NCBI GenBank assembly: GCA_004431415.1
Contig: QPMI01000490.1
Coordinates: 62,001-126,000 of the forward strand
DNA length: 64,000 bases
Direction of reading: 5' to 3'
Source of the DNA: Cyanophora paradoxa CCMP329
Lineage: Eukaryota > Plantae > Glaucophyta
Shown: positions 25,493-37,900 of the stretch, piece after piece
How the letters are laid out: each line of letters opens with the position of its first letter
How positions within the stretch are numbered: the first letter of the stretch is position 1
Made by a program: the position numbers and the translations under genes
Notes under the pieces: generated by a model
Told to the model about the DNA's origin: nothing
What the model saw: the letters and a program-made list of their open reading frames with translations, nothing else
The model's database searches: none

Positions 25493-28400
25493 ATGGCGGA
25501 CGGAGCGGCGCCGGCGGGGCCGGCGGGCGGGGCCGGGGCGAAGCGGGGGCGGCACGCGGCGCTCGCCTCGCGGAACCGCAGCGTGACGGGACTCGGGAGC
25601 CAGCTCGTCCTCAGCGACCGCGCCTCGGGTCCGCCCCCCCGCCCCCCGCCCGCGCAGCTCAGGCCCTAGAAGAAGAAGAGGCGCCCCGCCTCGCCTCGCC
25701 CCTCCTCGCGTGACGGGCGGCCGCGGGGCCAGCGACGAGCGGCGGGGACGGGGAGGGGAGCAACCGCTTCACGGGCTCGACGACCTCCTCGGGGAACACG
25801 TCGGCCCTCTTCGGCCTCGGCGAGGTCGCCCGCCTCTTCCAGGAGACCGTGCGCGCCCCCCGAGCCCGACCCGGGCTCGACCCCCGCGCCCGCGCTGACG
25901 CTCGGGGCAGGTCTTCGGAGTGGTCCGCCGGCCGTCTTGGGGGGGGGCGGGCTCCCCGGGCCACGCCGCTGAGCGCGCCGCCCGGCCCCGCCCCGCGCAG
26001 GTCGCCGTGATGTCCCGCGGCTCGCAGCGTCGCCTCGCGTGGGCCGGTCCGCCCCCCGACTCCGAGCTGTGCGCGGAGGCCCGCGGGGGGCCAGACGCGC
26101 GCTTCGTTCGCATCGCAGTGCTGGAGGCGGCGATCGTGGGACTCCAGTTCCTCCTCTTCCCCATGCAGCTCTTCTCCTGGGCCGGCCTCGGCACCATCGC
26201 GCGTACCCCCGCCGACAGCGCCTCACCCGTACCCCCCTCACGCCCCCCGGCCCGCAGGCGAACCCCGTCCGGGAGGTCCTCCGCCTCGCAGTACCCTTCC
26301 GCCTCTCCAGGCCCGCCCCACTCCGGCTCTCCCGTACCCCCAAACCGGCTCTTCCATGAATCCGGTACCCCCCGCAGCCTACGGTACGAGATCTACCTCG
26401 GGATCTTCTGGACAGCCTCCGCGCTCGTCGGCCTGTGCCTCGCCACCGCCGCCTACGTCGGGTGCGTACCCCCCTGTCGTTTCGGAATTTCGTACCCCCC
26501 TCACGCCGGGTACAGCTACGCTTTTGCGAGGCAGGACTTCCGGTTCATGTTCCCCCTCCGCTTCCTCCACTTCGCCGTATCCCGCTGCATCTCCCTCCTC
26601 TACATGCCCCTCATCTCCGGTACCCCCGGGACCTCCTAGACAGCGTACCCCCAGCTCTGACCCCCCACACACACAAAAAAACCCAGTGTTTTCGGCCGCG
26701 TGGAACTGCCCCCTTCGCTCCAGCGGTCGCCCCACCGCCCACAACTACTTCCCCGGTACCCCTTTCGCTCCCATGTACCCCCCTCCCCCAACCGCCCCGC
26801 AGAGAACCTCATCTGCTGGACGGGCCCCCACATCCCGCTCATGTGCCCATTCCTTCTCCACCTTATCCCGTACCCCCGTTCCGACCCGGTACCCGTACCC
26901 CCAGGCTGGTGTCGCTGGCGGCGGCGCTGCTGTTCACGGCCTTCGCCTTCGCCGCCGCTCTGCTCTTCTTCGAGCCCGACGCGACCAAGGCCGGGCCCGA
27001 GGGCGAGCGCGAGTACTTCTCAAGGTGCCCCTGATTTCCCCCCCCCCCCCCCCCCCCTCTTGTTTTTGACGCCGGGGTAGGCCGCACTCGCGTGTGGACG
27101 CCCTCTTCCTCCTCAACAACGTAGCCCTCTCCGTGCGCGCCCCGTACCCCCGCCCCCCAAAGGAGGTGCGGCGGGCGCCGACCCGGGGCAGGTGCTGGTG
27201 AACATCGACTCTGTACCCCCCATCCTCCTCGGCCTGCTCTTCCTCGGCTCGGGGCTGGCCTTCCTCTACGCCACGCTCTCCTACTACCCCTACCACCGCC
27301 TCCCCGCCAACATGCACCAGGCCGGTGCGCCGCTCCCCGGCCCCTCCCCCCCGCCCTCGTCCCCCGCCCCGCCCCGCCAAGCCTGGGGCAGGCGTCTTCG
27401 GGGCCTTCTCGTACATGTCGCTGCTGTGCGTGCTGGACGCCCACTACGGCGAGCGCCTCCCGGGCCTCTCCTACGCCTTCCTCGGCGGCACCGTGCGCCC
27501 TTTCGTTCTCGTTCCACGGCCTCGGCCTCGGCCTCAGCCTCGGCCGCAGGTGCCGGCGTACCTGGCGGGTCTGGCCTTCGCGTGGGCGCGCTTCCGCCTG
27601 CAGATGTGCACCGGCCGCATCGACATCGTGCGGGCCCCGCGCGGCGGCCCCTTCTGGACCCGACGCCCCGGCAGGTGCGGCGGATCAAGAGCCCGCTGCA
27701 CGTGGAGATCGCCGCGCGCTTCGTCTTCGACTCGGCGGCCGGCGCCGGGGCCGAGGCCGACTTCGACGAGGCGGCCGTGGACGCCGCCAACCAAATCTTC
27801 CGCGCCGGTCAGCCGGCAACCAGAGGCACCGGCCCCGCCCCCGCCGCCGCCTCCTGACCCCGCCTGGCGGGGCAGGGGTGGAGAAGTTCCCGGGGTCGGC
27901 TTCGGTGCTGCTGGCGTACGCCACCTTCTGCTTCGGCGTCCTCCGCTCCCCCGAGCTCGGTCCGCGACCCGCGAAGAGGGAGGAGGACGCGGCGGGGCGC
28001 CCGACTGACGCCGCGCGCAGCGCACGAGAAGGTGCAGCAGGCGGCGAAGCTGCACCCCGCCCTCGACTCCCGCTACATCATCTACCAGGCGCGCCCGGGG
28101 CCCGCCCCCCCGGCCCCGCCCCTCCTTCCTTCCTCGCCGACGCCCCGCCCCGCCCCTTGTGCAGTACGAGCTGGAGAGGCAGCAGAAGGCGCACGCGATC
28201 GACCTCGGCGACGCCAAGCGCGACCTCATCGCCCACATCGGTGGGGCCCCCGCCCCGCTGGCCCCGCTGGCCCCGCTGGCCTCGCTGGCCCCGCCTCTGA
28301 GCGCGGGGGCGGGGTAGAGTACACGTCGAACCTGCAGGGGGCGCGCAAGTACCACCGCGCCGGCGTCCGCGCCCTCCGCAAGGCGAGCGCGCCAGCGAGC

Positions 28401-31400
28401 CAGCGGGCCGGGCCGGGTGGCCGGGCCCTTCAGCCTTTCTGGCTGACCGGGGGCCTTCTCCCGGGGACAGTTCTGGGGCCAGCTGGCGGGCGACCCCCAC
28501 GACCTCAACCTCCAGGCCCGCCCGCCCCCGCCCGCCCCCGCTTCCCTTCGCCTTGCGCCGAGCCCCGCCGCAGCAGCTCGAGTCCACGCTCGCCCGTATC
28601 GACCTCGCCGAGCGCCGGGTACGCCTTTGCGACCGAATCTCGAGTCCCATGGATGTGGCTCCCGGGGCCCGCCGCCCTGACTCCTCGGCAGGCCCACGCG
28701 CACTACCGGGCGCTCCTGGTTCGGTACCCCCGCGCCCCGCGCATCCTCCGCGCCTACGGCCGCTTCCAAGCGTACGTACCCCCCTGCTCCTCTTCCTCCC
28801 CTGCCCGTTGACGCGTACCCCCAGGGACGTGCTGAACGACGAGGGCGAGGCGAACGCGCTCTTCGAGCAGGCCGACATGTACGAGGTGCGAACGAAGGGG
28901 CCTCCTGGGGTACCGCGACCTTCCCCTCCGAGACGCGGTACCCCTCTGCCCGCAGGAGGCGAGGGGCCAGGACGAGGGCGGGGAGGCCGCGAGCCGTGGG
29001 AGCAGCGCGTACGGGCCGAGCCGGGGCGCATCGGTCCGCTTCGGGGCGGGGCCGGGGCCGCGGCAGGGCTCGTGGCGGGAGCAGCCGGCGCCGACCCTCA
29101 AGGGCCTCGCCGCCTCGCTCCTCTCGGGCCTCACCAGCTCGCTCCGCTCCCGCGCGGCCAAGTCCTCCACCCGCGTCCAGAACGACCCCGAGTGCGTCGT
29201 ACCCCCCTCCGCCTTCGTCGCTCGGGCGGGCCTCACGGGCGCGGGGCGCGGCGGCCAGGCACGCGTCCGGGGCGGAGGAGGCGGTGGGGAACCCCTGGGA
29301 GAGCCTCGTCTCGCCGCGGCCGGACAGCGAGGCCGAGGCGGGGGCGGCGGCTGGCGCCGCCGGGCTCGCGGCGCTGGCGCCGGGCGAGGAGGCGCTGGCG
29401 GCGAGCGCGGCGGCGCTGGGCGGGGAGGGGGCGCGCCGGCTGGTCAAGAAGACGTCGTTCCTCATCGATCGCGACGACGGCCCGCGACCACGCTCGCGGC
29501 TGCCCGAGCTGAGCCCCGAGGCCCTCGCCCAGACCCAGTCCTCGGCCCGCTCCCACTCGGGCTCCGGCGCCTCCTCCCCGGTCCCGCCGGCGCGGGCCGC
29601 GGCGCACGAGGCGGCCCCGCAGAAGCCGTCCATCCGCCGCCGCCGCCGCAGCGCCTCGCTCGACGACGCCGCCGACGCGCCCCCGGCGCCGCCGCCCCGC
29701 CGGCGCCGGCTGCCCCGCCGAGCCGCCGGCAACGCCGTCCGGGGCGACCTCGCCCGACCGCGACCGAGAGCCGCGGAGCGGCCGCTGCCGCCGCTGCGCG
29801 TCCCCACCCGCCTCAAGGTCTGCCCCCTCGTCCCCGACGGGCCCGAGGCAGCCGGCGGGGCCTCGGGCGAGAGCGGGCCGCCCTCGGCGCTGCCCTCCCC
29901 GCCCGCCTCGTTCAGCCTGCGCGGCGGGCCCCTCGGCGCCTCCCTCGCCTCCCTCCTCCGGCCCGCCGGCGACGGGGCGGCGCCGGGCGGCGCGTCGGTG
30001 CTGCTACTGGACCTGCAGGGGCCCGACGGAAGGGGCGAGGGCAAGGCGGCCCCCGCCGTCTTCTCTATGACGAGCTTCCTCAACGGGCCCACGCTCCTCA
30101 ACGGCGAGGGCGGGCCCCGCGCCTCGGCCGCCTCGTCCCCGGCGGCGGCGGCGGGGCGGGGCGGGGGCGGCCCCGCGGGGGCCTCTGCGGCGGGCGGCGG
30201 GGGCGGGGGCGCGGCGTCGGAGGGCGAGGCGAGCGGGACGGAAGACGAGGCGGCGGCGCGGCGGCGCAAGCTGCGGCGCTGGACGCGCGTCAAGCGGCGC
30301 GTGCAGAGCGCGGGGCAGGCCCACGCCTCCTCCATCCGGTGCCGCGCCCTCCCCCACAGAGAGAGCCGCTCCGAAGCGTCCACGCGGCTTTACCCATCCC
30401 TCCCCGCCCCGCGTCGCGCAGGCGGATGAAGCACGTGGTGCTGGCGGTGCTGGCGGCGGTCGCGATCCTCGCCGCCGTCGCCTTCGCCGTCATCGACCAC
30501 CTCGTCTCCCAGTAGTGCGCCCCGGCCCCGGCCCCGGCCCCGGCCCCGGGCCGGCCCGCCCCAAGCCTCGCGCCCCGCTCCCTAGCTCGCTCCGTAGCCG
30601 GGCCTTGCTTCCTCGGGCGCCTCCTCAGCTCTGGCCGGCTGCCTCGGTCTCTCTCCTGACGCTCCCGGGCGCAGCGAGGACGCGATCGTGCAGGTGGCCG
30701 AGTCGGGCAAGCGCCGCAAGGACGCCGCCCTCTCCGCCTTCCACGCCCAGGCCCGCCCTCTCCTCTCGCGTTCTTCTTCTTGCTTTCTTCTTGGCTCTCG
30801 CTCACGCTCTCCCCGCAGGGCCTGATGCTGGCGGGGGGCGCGTGGGACGGGGACGGGCGTCTGGAGGCGCGCTCGCGGGCGGGGCTCGAGGAGGCGGCCG
30901 CCGAGCTCGACAGGTTCCACGTCCTCCTCTACAAGCTCGGTGCGCTCGCGCGAAGGCGAAGGCGGCAAAGAGAAAGAAGAGAACGCGAGCCCGCCTCGCA
31001 GGGGCGCGGGTGCCGGAGGACACGGAGGCGTCGATACGGGTGCGGGCCGTCGTCTCGGACCTCGGCGACACCGGCGAGGCGCGCACCGCGGCGTCCTCCA
31101 TCCCGCTCGCTCCCTTTCCCTCTCATGGGGCGCGCAGGTGCCGACGACGCTCTGGGCGGCCGGCCTCGAGCTCGTCTCCAACGCGCAGCGCGTCGCCGGG
31201 ATGCCCCTCGCCGCCCTCCGCAGCCCCGAGCGGCCCCAGGCGCGCGCGCGCCCCCGGCCCCTCCCATCCCTCCGCCCGCCCCCTCGCTCGGCTCTAGGCA
31301 TCTTGTAGAGCGGCCCGCGTGCAGCAAAGCGAAACCTTGCATCTCTCAACAACTAGCTGACTTGCCTCCCTCCCTCCCCCCCTCCCTCCCTCCTCGCAGC

Positions 31401-34159
31401 GGGAGCTCTTCTTCGTGCGGGAGAACGGCCCCGACGTCCTCTACGAGGCCTTCCTCAACGCCACCACCACCCTCGACCGCCACGCCTACTCCCGCTTCGC
31501 CTCCATGCGGTCCGCGCGCGTTGCCCCCGCCCGCCCGCCCCCCGCCCGCCGGTTTAAGCAGTGCGCGTCTAGTGCCTCTAGTGTCCCCCTCCCTCCCTCC
31601 CTCCCCGCATCGAGCCCGGGGCGGGCGCAGGGCCTTTTTGATCGCGAAGTTCGTGGCGGTGACGTGCCTGCTGCTGCTGCTGGCGCTCGCCTTCTTCCGC
31701 CCCACCGTCGCCTCCGTCCAGCGCGAGAAGCAGGCCGCCCTCGGTGCACCACGGGCCCCCCCCGCCCCCCTTGGCGCCTCCGCCGCTGGGGATCTACTGG
31801 AGACACTAGACTCTGCGCGCCCCGCGGCCTGCGATCTAATAATAGAGACACTAGACTCTGGGCGTCGTCCTCCGCCCCTTCCTCCTCCCCCCCCTCCTCC
31901 TGACTGGGCGCAGCGCTCTTCCGGGACATCCCGCACGCCGCCATCCGCGAGCTCGCCGCCTCCCACCGGCCCGCCCCTCCCTCCTCCCCTCCCCCGCGCC
32001 CTTCTCACGCCTGTGCAGGCGGCGGGCGGTGCAGGAGGAGCTGGAGGCGGAGGGCTCGGACGACGAGCTCCTCTTCGACCACGAGCTCGACGACCTCGCC
32101 GAGGCCCCCGGCAGTGCGCACCGCGGGGGCGGAGGGGGCGCGGGGGCGGGGGCGGGACTTCGATCGAGATTGTGCGGTCGATCGCTCTAAAGCGTGGTCT
32201 TAGTAGCGGGCCGAAGGCGTAACGTCTCGGTCTCGAACAGTCGATAGCATGAGGTCTTGACTCATATCTGCGCCTGTCCCGCGGCTGGGCCCCTCCCGCC
32301 TCTGACGAGAGTGCGGGGGGCCGCAGACGAGCGGCGGGCGCCGCGGACGGGCCGCAGCGGTTCGGTCGATCCCGAGGACCCCCAGCACGCCCGCGAGGCG
32401 CGTACCCCCGCCGGCCTCCTTCCGTATCCCTCTCGGCGCGTCGCTGACCGCGCTTGGCGCGGAGTGTAGGGTGACAAGGAGGGGGGCGAGGCGGAGCCCG
32501 GCCGCGTGGCCGCTCCGTCGGCGGCAGCGGCGGCGCTCCGGCGGGCCCGCCGCCGCCTCCTCCGCGCCTGGCGCGTCGTCGTCCGGGTTCGAACTCGCCC
32601 TCTCGCTCGCCTCGCTCGGATTCCGATGCGAGCCCGCGCAGCGGCTGGGGTCGCCGGACCGGGTGACGGTAATGTGCGCGGCGGACCTCAGATCGGATCT
32701 GACTCAGATCTGATCTGATCTGATCTGACCTGACCTGACCTGGTGCGGCCAGGTACACGGCGGCCTTCCTGTGCCTCTTCTTCGTCTTCCTCGCCTGGTT
32801 CGTCGTCGGCATGGTGCGGTACCCCTCTTCGCTCCTTCTCCTCCTTCGTTCTCTTCTCTCCTAGGCCTGACCTCCCTTCCCCGCAGGACACGGCCTACAA
32901 CTGCGGTGCGTCCGTTATCGATCGCTCGCTCGCTTCCGCGGGCGGCGGGGCGTCGCCGCCGCCCGCCGCCCCCGCCCCTCCCCCGCCTGACGCGCGCGCC
33001 CCGCCGGCCCCTCAGAGTCGTTCAGCAGCGAGCGCAACTTCGCGGGGGCGCTGCGCTCCCTCCCCGCCAAGCTCCACTACCACGCCCGCGAGGCCCGCCC
33101 GCCCTCCCGCCCGCGCTTCTTCGTCTCCTGAGCCTCGCCCCTCGCCCCTTCAGATGGCGACGAACCCGGGGGACTACGCGCGGCAGCGGGCGCTCCTCGC
33201 GCGCACCGTTGACATGATCCACACCTTCCACCGGTCCGCCCCGCCCCCGCCCAGCCCCCCCCCGCCTCCTCCTACGCTGCTCCTTACCGCGAGGCGCAGG
33301 GGCCTGCTGTTCGGGGACGCGTCGCTGCACCTGCCCGGGGCCCTCCACCGCTACGCCTCCGCCGACGAGCTCCTCTTCGGCCCTGCCTGCCTCGCCGCCG
33401 CCCCCGCCGACTGCGCCCCCGCCGCGCCCAACGCGGCACTCCTCCGCGTCGGCCTCGAGAAGATGCTGGCGCGTCTCGTGGAGGAGGCGCGGCTCCTCCT
33501 CACGACGCCCCCCGAGCGCCTGGGCCCGGCCGACGAGCACCTGGCGTACATGGAGGCCGTGGGGGCCTCGGCCCTCCAGCCCTCCCTCCAGCGCCTTGCC
33601 GACCTCTTCGTCGAGGAGGCGCGCGTACCCCCTTCTATATTTAGCGTTTCTAATTTTAGGCCGAGCGGCTTGCGCGCCGGCTTGAGCGCGTGCCTTAGAC
33701 GCCGCCCAGCGCCTCGCTCGTGAGCTTGATTCGAGCGCCGCTCGCTCACTTCCGGGGGCGGGGGGGCAGGCGGACCTGCGGCTGCGGCAGTTCGCAGCGG
33801 CGCAGGCGGCGTGCTTCGCGGCGGTCTGCGTGCTCCTGCTCTTCGAGTACCTCCTCGTCTTCCGCCGCATCGTCTCGGGCCTCAACGACGAGGCCCGCCG
33901 CACCGTCTTCATGTTCCTCATGTCCGCCCGCCCCGGTCCCCCTAACTCCCCCGACCCGCCGGCGTCCGGCCCGAGAGGCCCGCTAGGCCCCAGAGAGCGC
34001 CTCGGACGCCTCTCCCTCTAGACGAGGCCCTTGAGCCTGACGCGCCCCCCCCCCCCCCGCCGGGCCAGGCTGCCGGCGGAGGTGATCGAGGCGACGGAGA
34101 GCATCAAGACGCACCTCGCGCGCCTCGTCGCCTCCGTCGCCGCCGGCGACGAGCTCTAG
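25493..34159 (+). CDS. TmcB/TmcC-like multipass membrane protein, many short introns
   Basis: N-terminal TM cluster (LEAAIVGLQFLLFP, YEIYLGIFWTASALVGLCL, LLFTAFAFAAALLFFEPD). TmcB-type helical repeat AHAHYRALLVRYPRAPRILRAYGRFQ..DVLNDEGEANALFEQADMYE. Low-complexity linker, further TM segments, and C-terminal CVLLLFEYLLVFRRIVSGLNDEARRTVFMFLM..LPAEVIE typical of this family. Stop TAG 34157-34159. Confidence 0.65.
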
Positions 34160-34388
34160 ATCTAGGGCCCCAGCCTTCATTCGCCCGGCCGGCCCAAGGC
34201 CTTAGCCGCGAGTCCGACGGTCTATTCGCATTGCTAGTCTTGCTTATTTTATTGCGCCCCCGAGGGCCCCGCTTCTTCTATTTCCCGCCGCTGTAGCTAC
34301 CCGCTATGGCGCCGGCGTCGAGCTCTAGGCCCCCGGCACGCCAGCTGCCGGCCCGAGGTCGTGCTCGCTAGTCTATTGATATTGCTAG

Positions 34389-34451
34389 TCTTGATTATTG
34401 CCCGCCGGGCGGGGCGGACCCCCCCACCACAGTCCTAGGTTTCAACGGCCT
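34389..34451 (+). repeat. Direct repeat copy A (63 bp, 56/63 identical to 40153-40215)
   Basis: TCTTGATTATTGCCCGCCGGGCGGGGCGGACCCCCCCACCACAGTCCTAGGTTTCAACGGCCT, ungapped match to copy B. Confidence 0.9.
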
Positions 34452-34922
34452 ACAAGGCTGGGGCCTGGTCGATGCTTCGCCCCGCGAAATGTGTACTATC
34501 ACCTTTTGCAAGCACTATGGAGTAGTTCTGTGCTTGCTTGATTATCATGATCAGAGCTTCAGTACATCAGCCCGGCCTTGAAGGCTGCGACTGGTAGTCT
34601 CTAAGGCTTCGCGATTGTCTGCAGTTCGAATTCGTATTCGCAGTTGAGTCAACAGTGCATGAACGGCGCGAGATCTCGAGAGTCCGCCGAGGCCCTGATC
34701 ATGAGGGTCCGCGCGCGCGCAGCGGGGACCTCGTTGCCCTCGGGAGGACCTAGCTATAGAGCCGCCCACACCACGTTGCTCCGGGTCCAGGTCCTGGGCC
34801 GCATCAGGCGGTTTGATTCGCAGGAATCGCAGCTCGAACTGGGAGAAAGCGAAGACATGCGCGATCACCCGACGAAGACGGTCACGATCATGAATGAACA
34901 TGAACTCGCGGTGGCTCGCCGC

Positions 34923-37900
34923 CTACGCCTCGGCCACGGCCTCGCCGCGCGGCCCCGGACCCTGGCCCTGCCCCGCATCAGATCTAGACGGCCGCGGTGC
35001 ACTGCGGCAGCTGGGAAAATCGATTTCATGTATTGCAAGCGGGCACGCGCACCCGATCGCGACGAAGGCGGCCGGGCCGCCGCCTCCGCCAGGGCCAGGC
35101 GAGCCTCGAGGGCGGCCTGCGCCTCCTCCGCCGCCCGCCGCTCCGCCTCCCGCTGCCGCTGCTCCAGATTCGAGGGAAGCCGGTCAGAGGAAGCCGGTTG
35201 GACATCTAGACCAGTTGGGAAGCTGGCGCCGGTGATCTAGATCTAATTTTTTAACGCACCTGGAGCTGCCCGAGCGCCGCGGCCAGGCCCGCCTCCCGCT
35301 CCGCCGCCGCCGAGAGCAGGGCCTCCATTTCCGCCAGGCGTCGCTGGAGCGGCTCGACTTGCATGCGTACAGCCGCTTCGACTTCGGAGCGGAGGGGCTG
35401 CGCCTGCAGCTGCAGCTGCTGGCGCGGGCCGCCCGGCGGCTGGTAGGGGCGCGGCGCCGGCGCCGACCGGGAGCTCGAGGGGGACTGGAGGTGGTTTAGG
35501 GCGGGTGGAGGGCCAGTATCTATGCCAACATTGCTGTTTGTTGCGCTCGCGACGGTGGCAGGTTTAGGAGCGACATGCACAGGGCTAGGGGCCTCGTGAT
35601 CAGTCGCTGCAAAGGCCGCGGCCGTGGCCGGCGCCACTAGATCTAGAACTGGGAGATTGATAGGCGGTTCCGCTGGATCCGGAGCGACAGCTGCATGTGC
35701 GGCTGCAGGGGCCTTCGGCGTGGGCCGATGTTCGTCGAGCGGGGCGCGGCAGATGGGGCAGCAGCCGTCCGAGAAGTCCGAGCGCGCCCAGCCGTCGATG
35801 CACGAGCCGTGGAACTCGTCTGCGAAATTGCAACCCTTCGGTCGAACCCCCGGGTGATGGGGAGCTCGAGGGCGGGAGGGAAGCGTGTATACGCACGGCC
35901 GCAGAGGAGGCGGCGGGCGGGGCCGCGCGTGGCCGACGCGGTCAGCGGCTCGCTGCAGATGGCGCACTCACGATCGTCCTCGGTGCTGCTGCGTCGGACG
36001 GGTCCGGAGACCGAAGAAAAAGAAGCGAAAGGCCTGCGAAGATTTTGAGAGCTGTACAAACACAACGTAATTTAAATTATACATCGTTGTCGCCGGGCGC
36101 GAGCGCCGGCGCCGCTCACGGTGTTGCCGGCGCGAGCGCCGGCGCCGCTACATCGGGGTTGTGCAGGTACCTGCGCATGCGAAATTAAAGCCAGCAGTAA
36201 GATTTTATATTAAGCTTAAGAGATGTAGGTGGCAGGTATTGAAAGATTACCCACCGGCAACGGCCCCCGAGGCGGCAAAAGCCCCTCGCAAAATAGCGAC
36301 ACGCAGATCTAATCGCTTCCTTCCCCTTCGCCTTCAGCTTTCGGTCCGCCTTCAAAGGGGCCTTCTGTTTGCTCCCGGTCAGGTTCGACTCGGCCTTCGC
36401 GGCCGACTCGCGATCTCCATCAGGAGCGGCCGGCACCGGCGCTGTCCCGGGCTGAACATGTGCAATCGGGGGAAAGTCACTGAGCGACTCGAGATCTGGC
36501 ACCTCCAACTCGCTGCTGGGAGGTCGAAGGCGAGTTCCGCAAAGTTTTGCAATTGCAAATATTAATAGGGAAAGCGAATTCGAACGTGCCTGGATTTGGG
36601 GCGCGGGGCCTCGAGGGCGTCGCGATGGGCAAGAGCGGACTGCGCGGCTGCAAGCTGCTCCACCAACGATCCCGATCGCGGCAGCTGCAGCGAATCGACG
36701 CTCTCTCCACGCGAAGCACGCGAGCCTTCTGCGGACAGATGACCGGAACGTCCATCGCGATCGAGAGCGATATCGATCGATATCAAGGGCGGGGAAATTT
36801 TCAAAGGACGGACCCTCCAGATCTTCATTCGTGGTGGCGTTGCCGATTTTGTGGAGCAGAGCCCGGATTCTGCGGATGATGCCTTAATCATGGACCGGAT
36901 CGGGAGTAGCTAGTGCTAATCTTCGGGACGCGGGCGCACATTTCCAGCAGGGTTTCTCCGGCGGGGGCTCCGGGAAGCAGGCGGAGAGCGGCCGCGCACG
37001 CCTCCCGAGCCGCTCCGAACTCCGACAGCCGAACGAGACGCTCCGCAAGGGCCACTCGGGCCTCAACGTCGGCGGGGTCGCGCTGCGAATTCGACTTCAA
37101 TTTGTAATTGGCAGGCCTCCGCGAGGGTCGCATTGTAATTAAGGCACCCCTACAACGGACAGAAGCTGGTCTTTCGCAGAGACCACCTGCCGCTCCTGAA
37201 CTTCTGTACATGTACATGTGGTCTCGCATCAGTCCGGACGTCAACCGTGTACGTCAACGTTTCAGCTCAATTCAACTCGCCTGAAGGGAACTCATCACTT
37301 GGTGCATCGGCCCCTTCTTCCTCCATGCCTCGTCTTGATTCCAGCAGCAGCCTCTGGACGCTGCGCATGCGGAAAATTAGAACGTTTACCCCGCGCGTCG
37401 ACAGAGACGCCAGACAACGTTTCTACAGCCGAACCGTTCCAGCCGCTCGTCGCCAGCAGGGATCAGGCGGAGCACGGCCGAACTCTGGAATAGGGCCTCG
37501 TCGAAGTAAGACAGCCGAAAAAGGCACTCCGCGAGGGCTGTGCGAGCTTCCACGTCGGCGGCGTCTCGCTGCACAAAGGGAGGTTCAATTGCAAGACCGT
37601 CAAACAGCTGCAGGGTGGATTCGATTCTAAAACTTAAGATCGAGAGTTAAGAGAGCGTTTAACGGATATGCATTGGGCGTGGTAGGCAACTTGAAGTTAG
37701 GCATATATATATGTGGATAGCGTTTAATCCATGTTTGATGTATTTCGATTTCTGGTGCACCCGCAGAGCCCGGAGAAGCTGCTCCTCGGCGAGGCCCCAC
37801 TCGGACTGCGCCATCAGCTCCAGCCCCCGCGCCTTTGAAGAGTTATAATCAAGAATTGAGATGAGAATCCAGATCGACGCAGTCGCTGTCGGGTTTGAGC

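Noticed and set aside
27534-30383. 949-aa minus-strand ORF, and similar long ORFs such as 12095-14395 (+), 20443-22905 (-) and 43306-44832 (+)
   Set aside because: Arg/Ala/Pro/Gly-rich shadow frames caused by very high GC. They overlap, or only partly coincide with, spliced genes that have recognisable domains.
31800-31860. 16-bp duplicate GAGACACTAGACTCTG, and (GATCT/GACCT)n at about 32690-32741
   Set aside because: Local intronic micro-duplications or microsatellite with no further structure.
34389-34451. Helitron 3' end (hairpin + CTAG) or small RNA gene
   Set aside because: Similarity between the copies continues past CTAG and the next base is not T. No match to tRNA, 5S or snRNA motifs that I can recognise.
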